From: Betaproteobacteria bacterium
Lineage (GTDB): Bacteria > Pseudomonadota > Gammaproteobacteria > Burkholderiales > Ga0077523
Direction of reading: 5' to 3'
NCBI GenBank assembly: GCA_037141795.1
Contig: JBAXBV010000016.1
Span: 8,826 to 72,825 of the forward strand
DNA: 64,000 nucleotides
Made by a program: the position numbers and the translations under genes. A model generated the notes under the pieces. The model had not been told where the DNA came from, did no database searches, and saw only the letters and a list, made by a program, of their open reading frames with translations. Of this stretch, positions 50,887 through 59,794 are shown piece after piece; position 1 is the stretch's first letter, and each line of letters opens with the position of its first letter.

Positions 50887-51495
50887 TCAGCGGCGGTGTA
50901 CCTGACCCATGGGGTCGATCAGTTCCCCGCGCATCAGGTGCAGCGGAGCGCGGCAGTACAGCTTGAGGTCGTGAAACGGGTCGGTGAGGATCTTCAGCAT
51001 CCACACCAGACCGGTCCGGACATCCTGCAGGAAGAACAGGTGCACCGTGCGGAAGACGAGTCCGCCCGCGCCCAGCACGAGCCACACCCAGCCCACATTG
51101 CGCACCAGCCCGGTCTCCCCGGTCCGCTCCGCCAGGGCGGCCAGCGCCGCCGGGCTGACCCACAGCACCAGCGGAACGGCCGCCCAGAGGGAAATCAGCA
51201 CCGTCTTGCGCCGCAGGTTGTAGCCGACCTTGATGTCTTCCTTGTGTTCGTGCGTGGCCTGATTCACGTGGTCGTAGCCCTTGGGCTCGAACACGTAGTG
51301 ACCGATCTGCCGCGTCGTCATCGCCACCAGCCAGGCCACGAGCGCCGCCGCGACCGGATCACTGAACAGGAGCACGTAGGACACGAGAAAACTTAGGGCG
51401 CTCACGAAGTGCAGTGACTGATTGATGCGGCTGTGGTGGTAATACCGGTGGTCGTCCCACCGCTGGACTTCGAGCGTACGCAGGATCTCTTTCAT
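50887..51495 (-). CDS. Mpo1-like (DUF962) membrane protein
   Basis: ATG 51495 (MKEILR...). YYHHSRINQSLH fits the YHxxxxNxxxH signature. 4-5 TM segments. Additional His cluster HEHKED. Confidence 0.55.
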   Translation of the reverse strand: MKEILRTLEVQRWDDHRYYHHSRINQSLHFVSALSFLVSYVLLFSDPVAAALVAWLVAMTTRQIGHYVFEPKGYDHVNQATHEHKEDIKVGYNLRRKTVLISLWAAVPLVLWVSPAALAALAERTGETGLVRNVGWVWLVLGAGGLVFRTVHLFFLQDVRTGLVWMLKILTDPFHDLKLYCRAPLHLMRGELIDPMGQVHRR

Positions 51496-51714
51496 CGCTT
51501 CTCCGGATGGGGTTGGGCACGGCAGAAATCCGGAAGATACGAAGCGAATGCAACAATTTCGCGAAGAATGCGTGACAGAACCGCGACAGCACCGCCGTCC
51601 CGGACATCCGGGGCCAGCGTGCAGGAGCTCCGGATGCTCCAACCGGCACGGGATTTCCCGGAAACGTCACCGCGCCGTAATCGTTCTTTCTTCACGGCAG
51701 GGCAAGGTTCGGCC

Positions 51715-52893
51715 ATGGGAGACGACATCACACCCCTTCGGATCGAACACCTGCCTGTGGCGCGGCGGGTCCTGCGCGTCGCCGTCGTGGCGGACCGTTT
51801 CCGACCCGACGATCTGAATGACGCCGCAGGGGCCGCCTTCCGGATCGGCGCCCTCGCCCGGCGGGACCACCAGATCCATCTTGTACGGCCCGGCGCGGAC
51901 CCACAGGCGAGTGTTCCCGGTGATCCGGCGCGCGCGGTGCCGGCCCGCCGGGGACTGGGCGCGGCACGGCCGGGCGCCCTGGTCCTGGGCTCGCCCGCCA
52001 AGCGACACCTCGTCCAGCTCTGGACCGTGCGACGTCCGGACGTGGTACATGTCCTCGTGGAGGAACCGCTGGGATGGATTGCGCTCCAGGTCGCCCGCAA
52101 GCTCCGGCTGCCCGTGGTGACGGAATTCCGGGTCCAGGCTCCTCCCGGCGGCCGTCCCGCCCGGCTGTCGTGGCCGGGGAAGTCCGCGCTCGCCGCCCGG
52201 CGCAAGTTCCACAACCAGGGCCTGGCTACGATCGTGCCGACGCCCTCCCTCGCCCGCGGCCTGTCCGCCTCCGGGTTCCGCAACGTGCACCTGCTCCCGC
52301 GGGGCGTGGACACCGTCCGCTTCCAGCGGGGTCCGCGCAGTGCCGAACTGCGCGCCCAATGGGGAGCGGCGGACACCGACGCGGTGGTGCTTCTTGCGGG
52401 CGACGCAACGGCCGGCGTCGCTGCGGGGGTCGTCGAAGCGGTCCGCCGCCGCAACGCTCGCACCCGTTTTGCCGGTGTGACGCTGCCCGACGGCCTTGCG
52501 GCCCCGCGCGACACCGATACCGGCCCTGACCCGGCTTGCCGAGCGGCAGAGGCACGGCGCGCCCTCGAGATGAGGTCTGCGGACGTGCTGCTCGTCACCG
52601 GGCACGCGGAAGCCGACGCTGCGGTCGTACTCGAGGCCATGGCAAGCGGACTGCCTGTCGTGGCCTTCGGTGGCACACCTGCCGGGGAGGTGGTCGAGCA
52701 CGAACGGAGCGGCCTGCTGGCCGGCTGGGGCGATCCCGCGGAGCTGACCGCCATGGTCGCCGAACTGACCGCCGACGCAGCCAGACGGCAGGCGCTGGGG
52801 GCGCTGGCCCGTCAGCAGGCCGTCAGCCAGGACTGGGAACTCATCACGGGACGCCTGGAGGCACTCCTCCTGACCGCGGCCGGCCTACCCTGA
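51715..52893 (+). CDS. Glycosyltransferase family 1/4-like protein (divergent)
   Basis: RVAVVADRF N-terminal strand, PRGVDTVRF, LEAMASGLPVVAF...GEVVE...GLL C-terminal GT-B motifs. The first Glu region of EX7E looks degenerate. Confidence 0.55.
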   Translation: MGDDITPLRIEHLPVARRVLRVAVVADRFRPDDLNDAAGAAFRIGALARRDHQIHLVRPGADPQASVPGDPARAVPARRGLGAARPGALVLGSPAKRHLVQLWTVRRPDVVHVLVEEPLGWIALQVARKLRLPVVTEFRVQAPPGGRPARLSWPGKSALAARRKFHNQGLATIVPTPSLARGLSASGFRNVHLLPRGVDTVRFQRGPRSAELRAQWGAADTDAVVLLAGDATAGVAAGVVEAVRRRNARTRFAGVTLPDGLAAPRDTDTGPDPACRAAEARRALEMRSADVLLVTGHAEADAAVVLEAMASGLPVVAFGGTPAGEVVEHERSGLLAGWGDPAELTAMVAELTADAARRQALGALARQQAVSQDWELITGRLEALLLTAAGLP

Positions 52894-52910
52894 GCGAGAT
52901 GCCGCTGAGC

Positions 52911-54104
52911 TCAGCGCGAACGTCTGTGAACGACGACACCGGTGGCAGCCAGACCACCCGGCGTGAGCGCCCATGCCACAGACTGCGCCACGGGTGCGGG
53001 AACGACCTCGAACGCGAGGAACTGGGTGACCTGAGTCGCGCTGAAGTTGTTGTCCGATACCAACACCAGCGACCGATTGCCGTTGGCAAGCGTGTGACCC
53101 CAGGTGATGCCCTCGGTGTTGTCGACGGTGATGCCGAGCGCGTCGAGGTCGAACAGAGCTTCCTTCGTCATGGGCACATGCGCGGCCCCGGCCAGGCTCG
53201 CCGACCCGGATACGTCAGTAGCTCCGGACAGGTCGGTGAGCACCAGCCTGATGGTGTTGCCGACGCCGTAGGCGAAGGCCCGCTCGACCGCGATGAATCG
53301 GGTCTCCGATACCGCGAGGAGTTCGGACAGGCCGTTGTCCGGCGGAAAGGGCGCTCCGGGCACCGCCGGCTTCGGAATGGCCGGCAGCACATAGGCGAAC
53401 TGCCCCGTCACGCTTCCCTTTGCAACGTCGAAGGCCGTGACCCGAACCACGCTGCCCGCGCCGAGCGACGTGATGGGGCCATCCTGAATCAGCGCGTCTT
53501 CGTTGGCCGTGTACAGCCGCGACCCGCTCGGCGACACCGCCAGCGCTTCGAACAGCCTGTTGCCGCGCCCGCCTGTCGTGGCGTTGTCCACGTAGCGGTA
53601 CATGCCCGGAACCGCGAACTCACGCACGTGAACGCCCGCCGGGGTCATCTCGCGGACGAACGGCTGGTACAGGCTGGCGGAGTTGGCACTGTAGCTGCCT
53701 TCGCTGCTCCAGAAGAGATTGCCGCCGGGCGCCCGGCGGATACCTTCGGGGTCGACCGTCCGCTGAGAGGATGGAAAGGTGCTGCCGTCCGGCCGCCGCA
53801 TGAAGATCTGGCTGTTGACCGTCACGCCGTGGAAGCCCGAGAGGTCGTAGTCGAGCGACAGATTGTAGAAGCGCGGCGTGCCGCGCTCACCGCCACCGTC
53901 ATCCGAGATCGCCCAGAAGGACGGGCCGCCCGGCGTTGCGGCATCGTAGTCGATGCCCGACAAGCCGCCGAACTCCACACCCTGCACCATCTGCCCGGTC
54001 GGGAGAATCTGCTGGCCGATGAATCGCAGGGAGAAATCCGCCGCGAGCACCGGTAGGGCCACGCCTGCGGCCAGCGCCACCGCGAACAGTCCGGTCCTGA
54101 TCAT
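52911..54104 (-). CDS. Secreted phytase-like/esterase-like protein with a PEP-CTERM-like C-terminus
   Basis: ATG 54104 (MIRTGLFAVALAAGVALPVLA signal). GLSGIDYD..., FWAISDD, EGI..., NTEGITW. Tail is VPAPVAQSVAWALTPGGLAATGVVVHRRSR. Confidence 0.7.
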   Translation of the reverse strand: MIRTGLFAVALAAGVALPVLAADFSLRFIGQQILPTGQMVQGVEFGGLSGIDYDAATPGGPSFWAISDDGGGERGTPRFYNLSLDYDLSGFHGVTVNSQIFMRRPDGSTFPSSQRTVDPEGIRRAPGGNLFWSSEGSYSANSASLYQPFVREMTPAGVHVREFAVPGMYRYVDNATTGGRGNRLFEALAVSPSGSRLYTANEDALIQDGPITSLGAGSVVRVTAFDVAKGSVTGQFAYVLPAIPKPAVPGAPFPPDNGLSELLAVSETRFIAVERAFAYGVGNTIRLVLTDLSGATDVSGSASLAGAAHVPMTKEALFDLDALGITVDNTEGITWGHTLANGNRSLVLVSDNNFSATQVTQFLAFEVVPAPVAQSVAWALTPGGLAATGVVVHRRSR

Positions 54105-54259
54105 GGAAAGTCTCCTGGTCGTTGCGCCGCCACCCTGGGATGGACCACCGCCCTCGAGCGGGTGCGGCAGCCCGACTCCATGATGCAACCTCGATGCGCC
54201 CATGACAGATCCCGAGCGCCTTCGTGGTCGGAACGCACCACGCGGGGCGGACACCCGGA

Positions 54260-55924
54260 TCAGAACCGGTCGCGATAGCGGTTGGTGATGGGGTAGCGCC
54301 AGTCCTTGCCGAACCCGCGCGGAGTGATGCGCACGCCCACCGGTGACTGGCGGCGCTTGTATTCGCTCACGACCAGCAGGCGCACCACCCGTTCCACGTC
54401 GGCCCGGGCGTAGCCCGCGCGCATGATCGCCGCCGGCCCCATGTCCCGCTCCACGTACATCTCCATGATGGCGTCCAGCACGTCGTAGGGCGGCAGGCTG
54501 TCCTGATCCACCTGGTCGGGCTTGAGTTCCGCCGAAGGCGGGCGCGTGATGATGCGTTCCGGAATCACCGGGGAGACCGTGTTCCTCCACCGGGACAGCC
54601 GGTACACGAGGGTCTTGCTGATGTCCTTCAGGACCGCGAAACCCCCGGCCATGTCGCCGTAGAGCGTGGCGTAACCGGTGGCCATCTCGCTCTTGTTGCC
54701 GGTGGTGAGAACGATCGCCCCGGACTTGTTGGACAGCGCCATCAGCAGCGTGCCGCGGATGCGCGACTGCAGGTTCTCCTCCGTGGTGTCGATCGGCAAC
54801 CCCTCGAACTCTCCCGCGAGCGTGGAGAGGAAGGCGTCGAAGGGCCCGGCGATGGGCAGGACGGTGTAGCGAACGCCGAGGTTCGCGGCGAGCGCGGAGG
54901 CGTCCTCCAGGCTCATGTCGGCCGTGTAGCGCGAGGGCATCATCACCGCTCGCACCCGGTCCGGACCGAGCGCGTCAGCGGCCACGCACAGCACGATGGC
55001 GGAGTCGATCCCGCCAGACAGCCCGAGCAGGACGCCGGGGAAGCCGTTCTTCCCCACGTAGTCCTTCACGCCCAGGCAGAGCGCCCGGTAGACCAGCGCC
55101 TCGACCGGTTGCGCCGGCGCGATCCCGCCCGGAACCACGGCGTCGCCCTCGAGTTCGACGATCTCCAGCCCTTCCTCGAAGGCAGGCATCTGGTGCGTGA
55201 CCTGCCCGCCGGCATCCACCACGAAGGAAGCCCCGTCGAAGACGAGTTCGTCCTGCCCGCCCACCAGATTGCAGAACACCACGGGCATGGCGGTCTCCCG
55301 TGCACGGGCCCCCACGACCTCGCAGCGAGTGGCCAGCTTGTTCACGTGATAGGGCGACGCGTTCAGCACCAGCAGAACCCTGGCACCCGCGGCGCGGGCG
55401 CCACGGGGCGCCTCGGCGAGCCCCGCGCCGGCCATGCCGGGCGGGGCGTCCGCCCGGGCCGCGGGCGAACCCGACGCGCCCCAGATGTCCTCGCAGATGT
55501 TGATCCCGACCCGAACGCCGCCCACCTCGAACACGCAGGGTTCGGTGCCGGGCTGGAAGTAGCGCTGCTCGTCGAAGACCGTGTAGTTGGGAAGATCCCG
55601 CTTGAAGTAGGTCGCCACGACCCGTCCGTTCGCGAGCACCGAGGCGGCATTGCGCAGGCCCCCGGCGCTTGCCTGCGGGTGCCCCACCACCACGGCAATG
55701 CCGCTGATCCGGGCCGCCAGTTCCTGCAGGCGGGACTCGCAGTCGGCGACGAAATCCCCCCGCAGCAGCAGGTCCTCCGGCGGGTATCCGCAGAGCGAGA
55801 GTTCCGGGGTGACCATGACGTCGGCCCCGAGGGCGAGGGCACGACCGGCGGCATCGGCAATGCGGGCAGCATTCCCCGCGAGGTCCCCGACGGTGCAGTT
55901 CAACTGTGCGATGGCGATCTTCAT
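54260..55924 (-). CDS. nadE: Glutamine-dependent NAD+ synthetase
   Basis: ATG 55924 (MKIAIAQLN...). CN-hydrolase domain (PELSLCGYPPEDL, ICEDIW) plus the NAD synthase P-loop GLSGGIDS. Confidence 0.95.
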   Translation of the reverse strand: MKIAIAQLNCTVGDLAGNAARIADAAGRALALGADVMVTPELSLCGYPPEDLLLRGDFVADCESRLQELAARISGIAVVVGHPQASAGGLRNAASVLANGRVVATYFKRDLPNYTVFDEQRYFQPGTEPCVFEVGGVRVGINICEDIWGASGSPAARADAPPGMAGAGLAEAPRGARAAGARVLLVLNASPYHVNKLATRCEVVGARARETAMPVVFCNLVGGQDELVFDGASFVVDAGGQVTHQMPAFEEGLEIVELEGDAVVPGGIAPAQPVEALVYRALCLGVKDYVGKNGFPGVLLGLSGGIDSAIVLCVAADALGPDRVRAVMMPSRYTADMSLEDASALAANLGVRYTVLPIAGPFDAFLSTLAGEFEGLPIDTTEENLQSRIRGTLLMALSNKSGAIVLTTGNKSEMATGYATLYGDMAGGFAVLKDISKTLVYRLSRWRNTVSPVIPERIITRPPSAELKPDQVDQDSLPPYDVLDAIMEMYVERDMGPAAIMRAGYARADVERVVRLLVVSEYKRRQSPVGVRITPRGFGKDWRYPITNRYRDRF

Positions 55925-55949
55925 GGGAGGGTAATATAGCCGGGCGCCC

Positions 55950-57095
55950 ATGTCCGAACAAATCACCCTCGAAGTCGTCGACTCCCTCTCCCGCATCACG
56001 ACCGGGGCCTGGGACCGCCTCGCCGGCGGGCATCCACTGCTGTCGCACGCGTTCCTGCACGCCCTGCACGAGAGCGGCGCCGCGTCCGAGGCCACGGGCT
56101 GGGCACCCCGGTACCTCCTGCTCCAGCGCGACGGGCAACTGCGGGCCGCCCTGCCGCTCTACGTGAAGGACCACTCCTACGGCGAATACGTGTTCGACTG
56201 GGCCTGGGCCGATGCCTGGCAGCGGGCTGGACGCGCCTACTACCCCAAGCTGCTCAGCGCGATCCCGTTCACCCCCGTCACCGGCCCGCGACTGCTGGGG
56301 GACGACCCGGCGGACCGGCGGGCCCTGCTGCGGGGCGCCCTGCAGTTCGCCGGCGAGGCGGGCCTGTCCAGCTTTCACTGCCTGTTCCCGGGCGAAACCC
56401 AGGCCTCGGAGATGGCGGCCGAGGGCCTCATGCTGCGCCGGACCGTCCAGTTCCACTGGACCAACGAAGGTTACGGCAGCTTCGACGACTTTCTCGCGAC
56501 CATGAACCACGAGAAGCGCAAGAAGGTGAAGCAGGAGCGTCGCCGCGTGCGCGAGGCCGGCGTCGAGTTCGAGTGGCGGGTGGGCACCGACATCCGCGAC
56601 GAGGACTGGCAGTTCTTCGCCCGCTGCTACGACGACACCTACCGCCGGCATCACTCCACCCCGTACCTCAATCTCGATTTCTTCCGGCGACTGGCAGCGT
56701 CGATGCCCCGAAACCTGCTGCTCGCCATCGGCTGGCGCGACGGTCAGCGCCTGTGCGCGTCCTTCCACATCTTCAGCCCGGACGCCCTCTACGGCCGCTA
56801 CTGGGGCACGACGGACTATGTGCCAGGCCTGCATTTCGAAGCCTGCTACCACCAGGCCATCGAGTTCTGCATCGCGCAGGGAATCCGGCGCTTCGAGGGC
56901 GGTGCGCAGGGCGAACACAAGCTGGCCCGCGGCCTCCTGCCCGTCACCACCTGGTCGGCCCACTGGGTCGCCGACCCCCAGTTCGACCGGGCAGTGCGCC
57001 AGTTCGTCGAACGCGAATCGCGGGGGGTGGCCGCCTATGTCAACGAACTCGCGGAGCACGCCCCCTACAAGGCCGTGGACATCGTATCCGGATGA
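55950..57095 (+). CDS. GNAT/FemAB-like N-acyltransferase family protein (DUF482 type)
   Basis: 381 aa. HPLLSHAFLHALHESG...YVKDHSYGEYVFDWAWA...YPKLLSAIPFTPVTGPR, typical of this family. Divergent from nadE. Confidence 0.75.
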   Translation: MSEQITLEVVDSLSRITTGAWDRLAGGHPLLSHAFLHALHESGAASEATGWAPRYLLLQRDGQLRAALPLYVKDHSYGEYVFDWAWADAWQRAGRAYYPKLLSAIPFTPVTGPRLLGDDPADRRALLRGALQFAGEAGLSSFHCLFPGETQASEMAAEGLMLRRTVQFHWTNEGYGSFDDFLATMNHEKRKKVKQERRRVREAGVEFEWRVGTDIRDEDWQFFARCYDDTYRRHHSTPYLNLDFFRRLAASMPRNLLLAIGWRDGQRLCASFHIFSPDALYGRYWGTTDYVPGLHFEACYHQAIEFCIAQGIRRFEGGAQGEHKLARGLLPVTTWSAHWVADPQFDRAVRQFVERESRGVAAYVNELAEHAPYKAVDIVSG

Positions 57096-57117
57096 CCTGC
57101 CCCCTCCCCTGCGCCCG

Positions 57118-57828
57118 ATGCGGTTCGACCCGCCCCTGACCCGGGGTACTCTCGTGCGCCGGTACAAGCGCTTCCTCGCCGACGTGGTGCTGGAGGACGG
57201 GGATCCCATCACCGTGCACTGCCCCAACACCGGCTCGATGCTCGGTGTGGCCGAACCGGGCTGCGGGCTGTGGCTTCTGCACCATGACTCTCCGACCCGA
57301 CGCTACCCCTGGGCGTGGGAACTGACGGAACTGGCCGACGGGACCCTCGCCGGCATCAACACCCAGCGCGGCAACACCCTCGTCCGGGAGGCGATCGCAG
57401 GCGGCGCCCTGCCTTCCCTTGCGGGCTATTCGTCCTTCACGGCCGAGGCTCGCTACGGCGCCGAAGGCAGCCGGATCGACTGGCTGCTGCAGGCCGATGG
57501 CCGTCCCGACTGCTACGTGGAAGTGAAGAACGTCACCGCTGCCGTGCAGGACGGCATCGCCGTGTTTCCCGACGCCGTGAGCGCCCGGGGGACCAAGCAC
57601 CTGCGCGAGCTGATGGGCGTCGTACGCAACGGCAGCCGGGCAGTCCTCGTGTTCTGCGTCCAGCGTGGCGACGTCACCGAAGTGCGGCCGGCCGACGACA
57701 TCGACCCGCTCTACGGGCGCACGCTCCGCGAAGCCCTCGACGGCGGCGTGGAAGTGATGGCCGTCCGTGCGCGCATCACCCCGGCGTCCATCACGCTGGA
57801 GGACATCCTGCCCTTCCGGGCTCCGTGA
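57118..57828 (+). CDS. sfsA: Sugar fermentation stimulation protein SfsA
   Basis: MRFDPPLTRGTLVRRYKRFLADV...HCPNTGSM...YVEVKNVT...FPDAVSARGTKHLREL. Confidence 0.9.
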   Translation: MRFDPPLTRGTLVRRYKRFLADVVLEDGDPITVHCPNTGSMLGVAEPGCGLWLLHHDSPTRRYPWAWELTELADGTLAGINTQRGNTLVREAIAGGALPSLAGYSSFTAEARYGAEGSRIDWLLQADGRPDCYVEVKNVTAAVQDGIAVFPDAVSARGTKHLRELMGVVRNGSRAVLVFCVQRGDVTEVRPADDIDPLYGRTLREALDGGVEVMAVRARITPASITLEDILPFRAP

Positions 57829-57895
57829 GCCCCCCATCTCCCGTCCACCGCGAGGCCAAGGCGGACGGTGGCACGCGGCCGATCGGGCCAGGGTG

Positions 57896-58750
57896 TCATC
57901 GCCGAGGCTGCACGAGAAACTTCTCCAGCGCCCTGTCCCAGAAGCGCTTCAGGTTCTGATAGTCACGGGGGCAATCGACAGATCGGCTGAGCGGCAGCCC
58001 GGAGTCCTCGGGAACATGAGCGAGTGCTTCCGGATTGCTGCCGTACACCCAGCAGTTGATGTTGTAGTAACGCTGCGCGTCGAGCGAATGGGAGTCCCAG
58101 AAGGCCGATGCAGCATCGGTCCTGTGACTTCGGATGCCGAACCACGCGGCGCCGTCCAGTGCCGCCAGGACGCCGTCCTCGTCGCCGTCCTCGACCAGGG
58201 CATAGACCGACAACTGGTCGGCCACGTCCTCCTGTCGGCCCGGCACGGCCAGATCGAGGATATCGATCAGCGCGTGGCCGAGTTCATGCAGCAGAAAAAA
58301 GGAAAACACGTGGGTCACGGCTTCTTCGAGTCGTTCTTCGGCAATGCCCGCCGTGAGCAGGTCCTCTTCGATGGCTGGCAGCAGGTTGTAGCAGAGTTCG
58401 ATCGAAGCGTTGTCGGGGTTGTAATAGGCATTGGGCTCCTCGCATTCCCGGGCGCGGAGGGTCAGCGCCCGCGGCAGCCGCAGCATCCCGTCCAGATCGG
58501 CCGCGATTGACTCCAGGAAGCGTGCCTCCCGGAGCGCCTTCAGGATCTCCCGGCTCTGCGCCGAGGCCGGCGGTTCGTACTGGATCTTCGTGGACTGAGA
58601 GCGGGCCCGGGGCCTGGCCTTGTCGCGAGTTCCTGCCGCATCGACTGCGGCCGTCGCGAGCATAAGCACGCATCCGAGACCGACCGCGATGGAGCGGAGC
58701 GAATCGGGAAGAACGCCCGACCGCCACAGATCTGCTCTGACTTTCCCCAT
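57896..58750 (-). CDS. Putative secreted metallopeptidase (DUF4344-like, HExxH)
   Basis: ATG 58750 (MGKVRADL..., signal-like IAVGLGCVLMLATAAVDA). FFLLHELGHALID zinc motif. C-terminal Cys-containing region. Confidence 0.65.
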   Translation of the reverse strand: MGKVRADLWRSGVLPDSLRSIAVGLGCVLMLATAAVDAAGTRDKARPRARSQSTKIQYEPPASAQSREILKALREARFLESIAADLDGMLRLPRALTLRARECEEPNAYYNPDNASIELCYNLLPAIEEDLLTAGIAEERLEEAVTHVFSFFLLHELGHALIDILDLAVPGRQEDVADQLSVYALVEDGDEDGVLAALDGAAWFGIRSHRTDAASAFWDSHSLDAQRYYNINCWVYGSNPEALAHVPEDSGLPLSRSVDCPRDYQNLKRFWDRALEKFLVQPRR

Positions 58751-59203
58751 GCCACGCTCCGGGTGACCGTCACACTGATCGTATCTCAAGTCGCAACCAA
58801 CGTGCATCTCCGTCATGGCCAACTCGGGCAGCGAGCCAACATTCGCATGGACCTCCGGTCTTGGGCGTGCGCGAACCGGATCCAGATTATTGCCACACTC
58901 GGCGCCACCGTCTGGCGCGAACTCGACACGGTGGCCTTGCGCGAAGCTGCCGATTGCGATTTCTTCAGCCGCAATTCGTCGCGTGGCAAGTCCAGGGACT
59001 GTCGTACAAGCGGCTTCACGCTTGGGCGCAGGACAAACGGTCCGTCGAGAGCATCGATGACCGGTTGCCCGTCGCCGATCGACCGGGGCGTTGGTACCGC
59101 CACCTGGCGAAACGGCGGGCGATACCATTGCCACGGGCCACCGGGCGGAGCGGGAAACCTGCGCCGCGCCGGGCCTGCCTATCGACTCTCACGCCGAGGC
59201 CCC

Positions 59204-59794
59204 ATGATCACCGTGATCTATGCCCACCCCTACCCCCAGCATTCGCGGGCCGGGCGGGCGCTGCAAGCCGCCATCAGCAACCTGCCGTCGGTTCAGGTCC
59301 GCAACCTGTACCAGCTCTACCCGGACTTCCACATCCAGGTTCAGGCCGAGCAGCAGGCCCTGTTGGCCACCCGCACCATCGTGTTTCAGCACCCCCTGCA
59401 TTGGTATCACATGCCGGCTTTGCTGAGCCTGTGGTGTGAAAAGGTATTGGGCTACGGCTGGGCCTATGGGCATGGCAGTGATGGCCAGCCGACGCAGGCC
59501 CTGGCCGGCAAGCGCTTTCTGTGGGTGGCCACCGCAGGGGGCGAGGAATCGGCCTACGACGCCGGCGGCTACAACCGCTTTCCCATGAGCCAGATTGCCA
59601 CGCCAATCCAGCAGACTGCCCTCTTCTGTGGCATGCAGTGGCTGCCACCCTACACCGTCTACCACGCCGGGAAGATTTCCGAAGACGAGCTGCTGCTGGC
59701 CGCAGAAGGCTACCGATTGCGGCTGATCGATGAGCTGGTACTGCATGGCGTGGCCCCGGGCGAGCAGGTTCGGGAGGTGAGCCATGCACGCTGA
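59204..59794 (+). CDS. Glutathione-regulated K+ efflux system ancillary flavodoxin-like oxidoreductase (KefF/KefG family)
   Basis: MITVIYAHPYPQHSRAGRAL...LYQLYPDFHI...IVFQHPLHWYHMPALL parallels E. coli KefF/KefG. Overlaps the antiporter gene by 11 nt. Confidence 0.85.
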   Translation: MITVIYAHPYPQHSRAGRALQAAISNLPSVQVRNLYQLYPDFHIQVQAEQQALLATRTIVFQHPLHWYHMPALLSLWCEKVLGYGWAYGHGSDGQPTQALAGKRFLWVATAGGEESAYDAGGYNRFPMSQIATPIQQTALFCGMQWLPPYTVYHAGKISEDELLLAAEGYRLRLIDELVLHGVAPGEQVREVSHAR

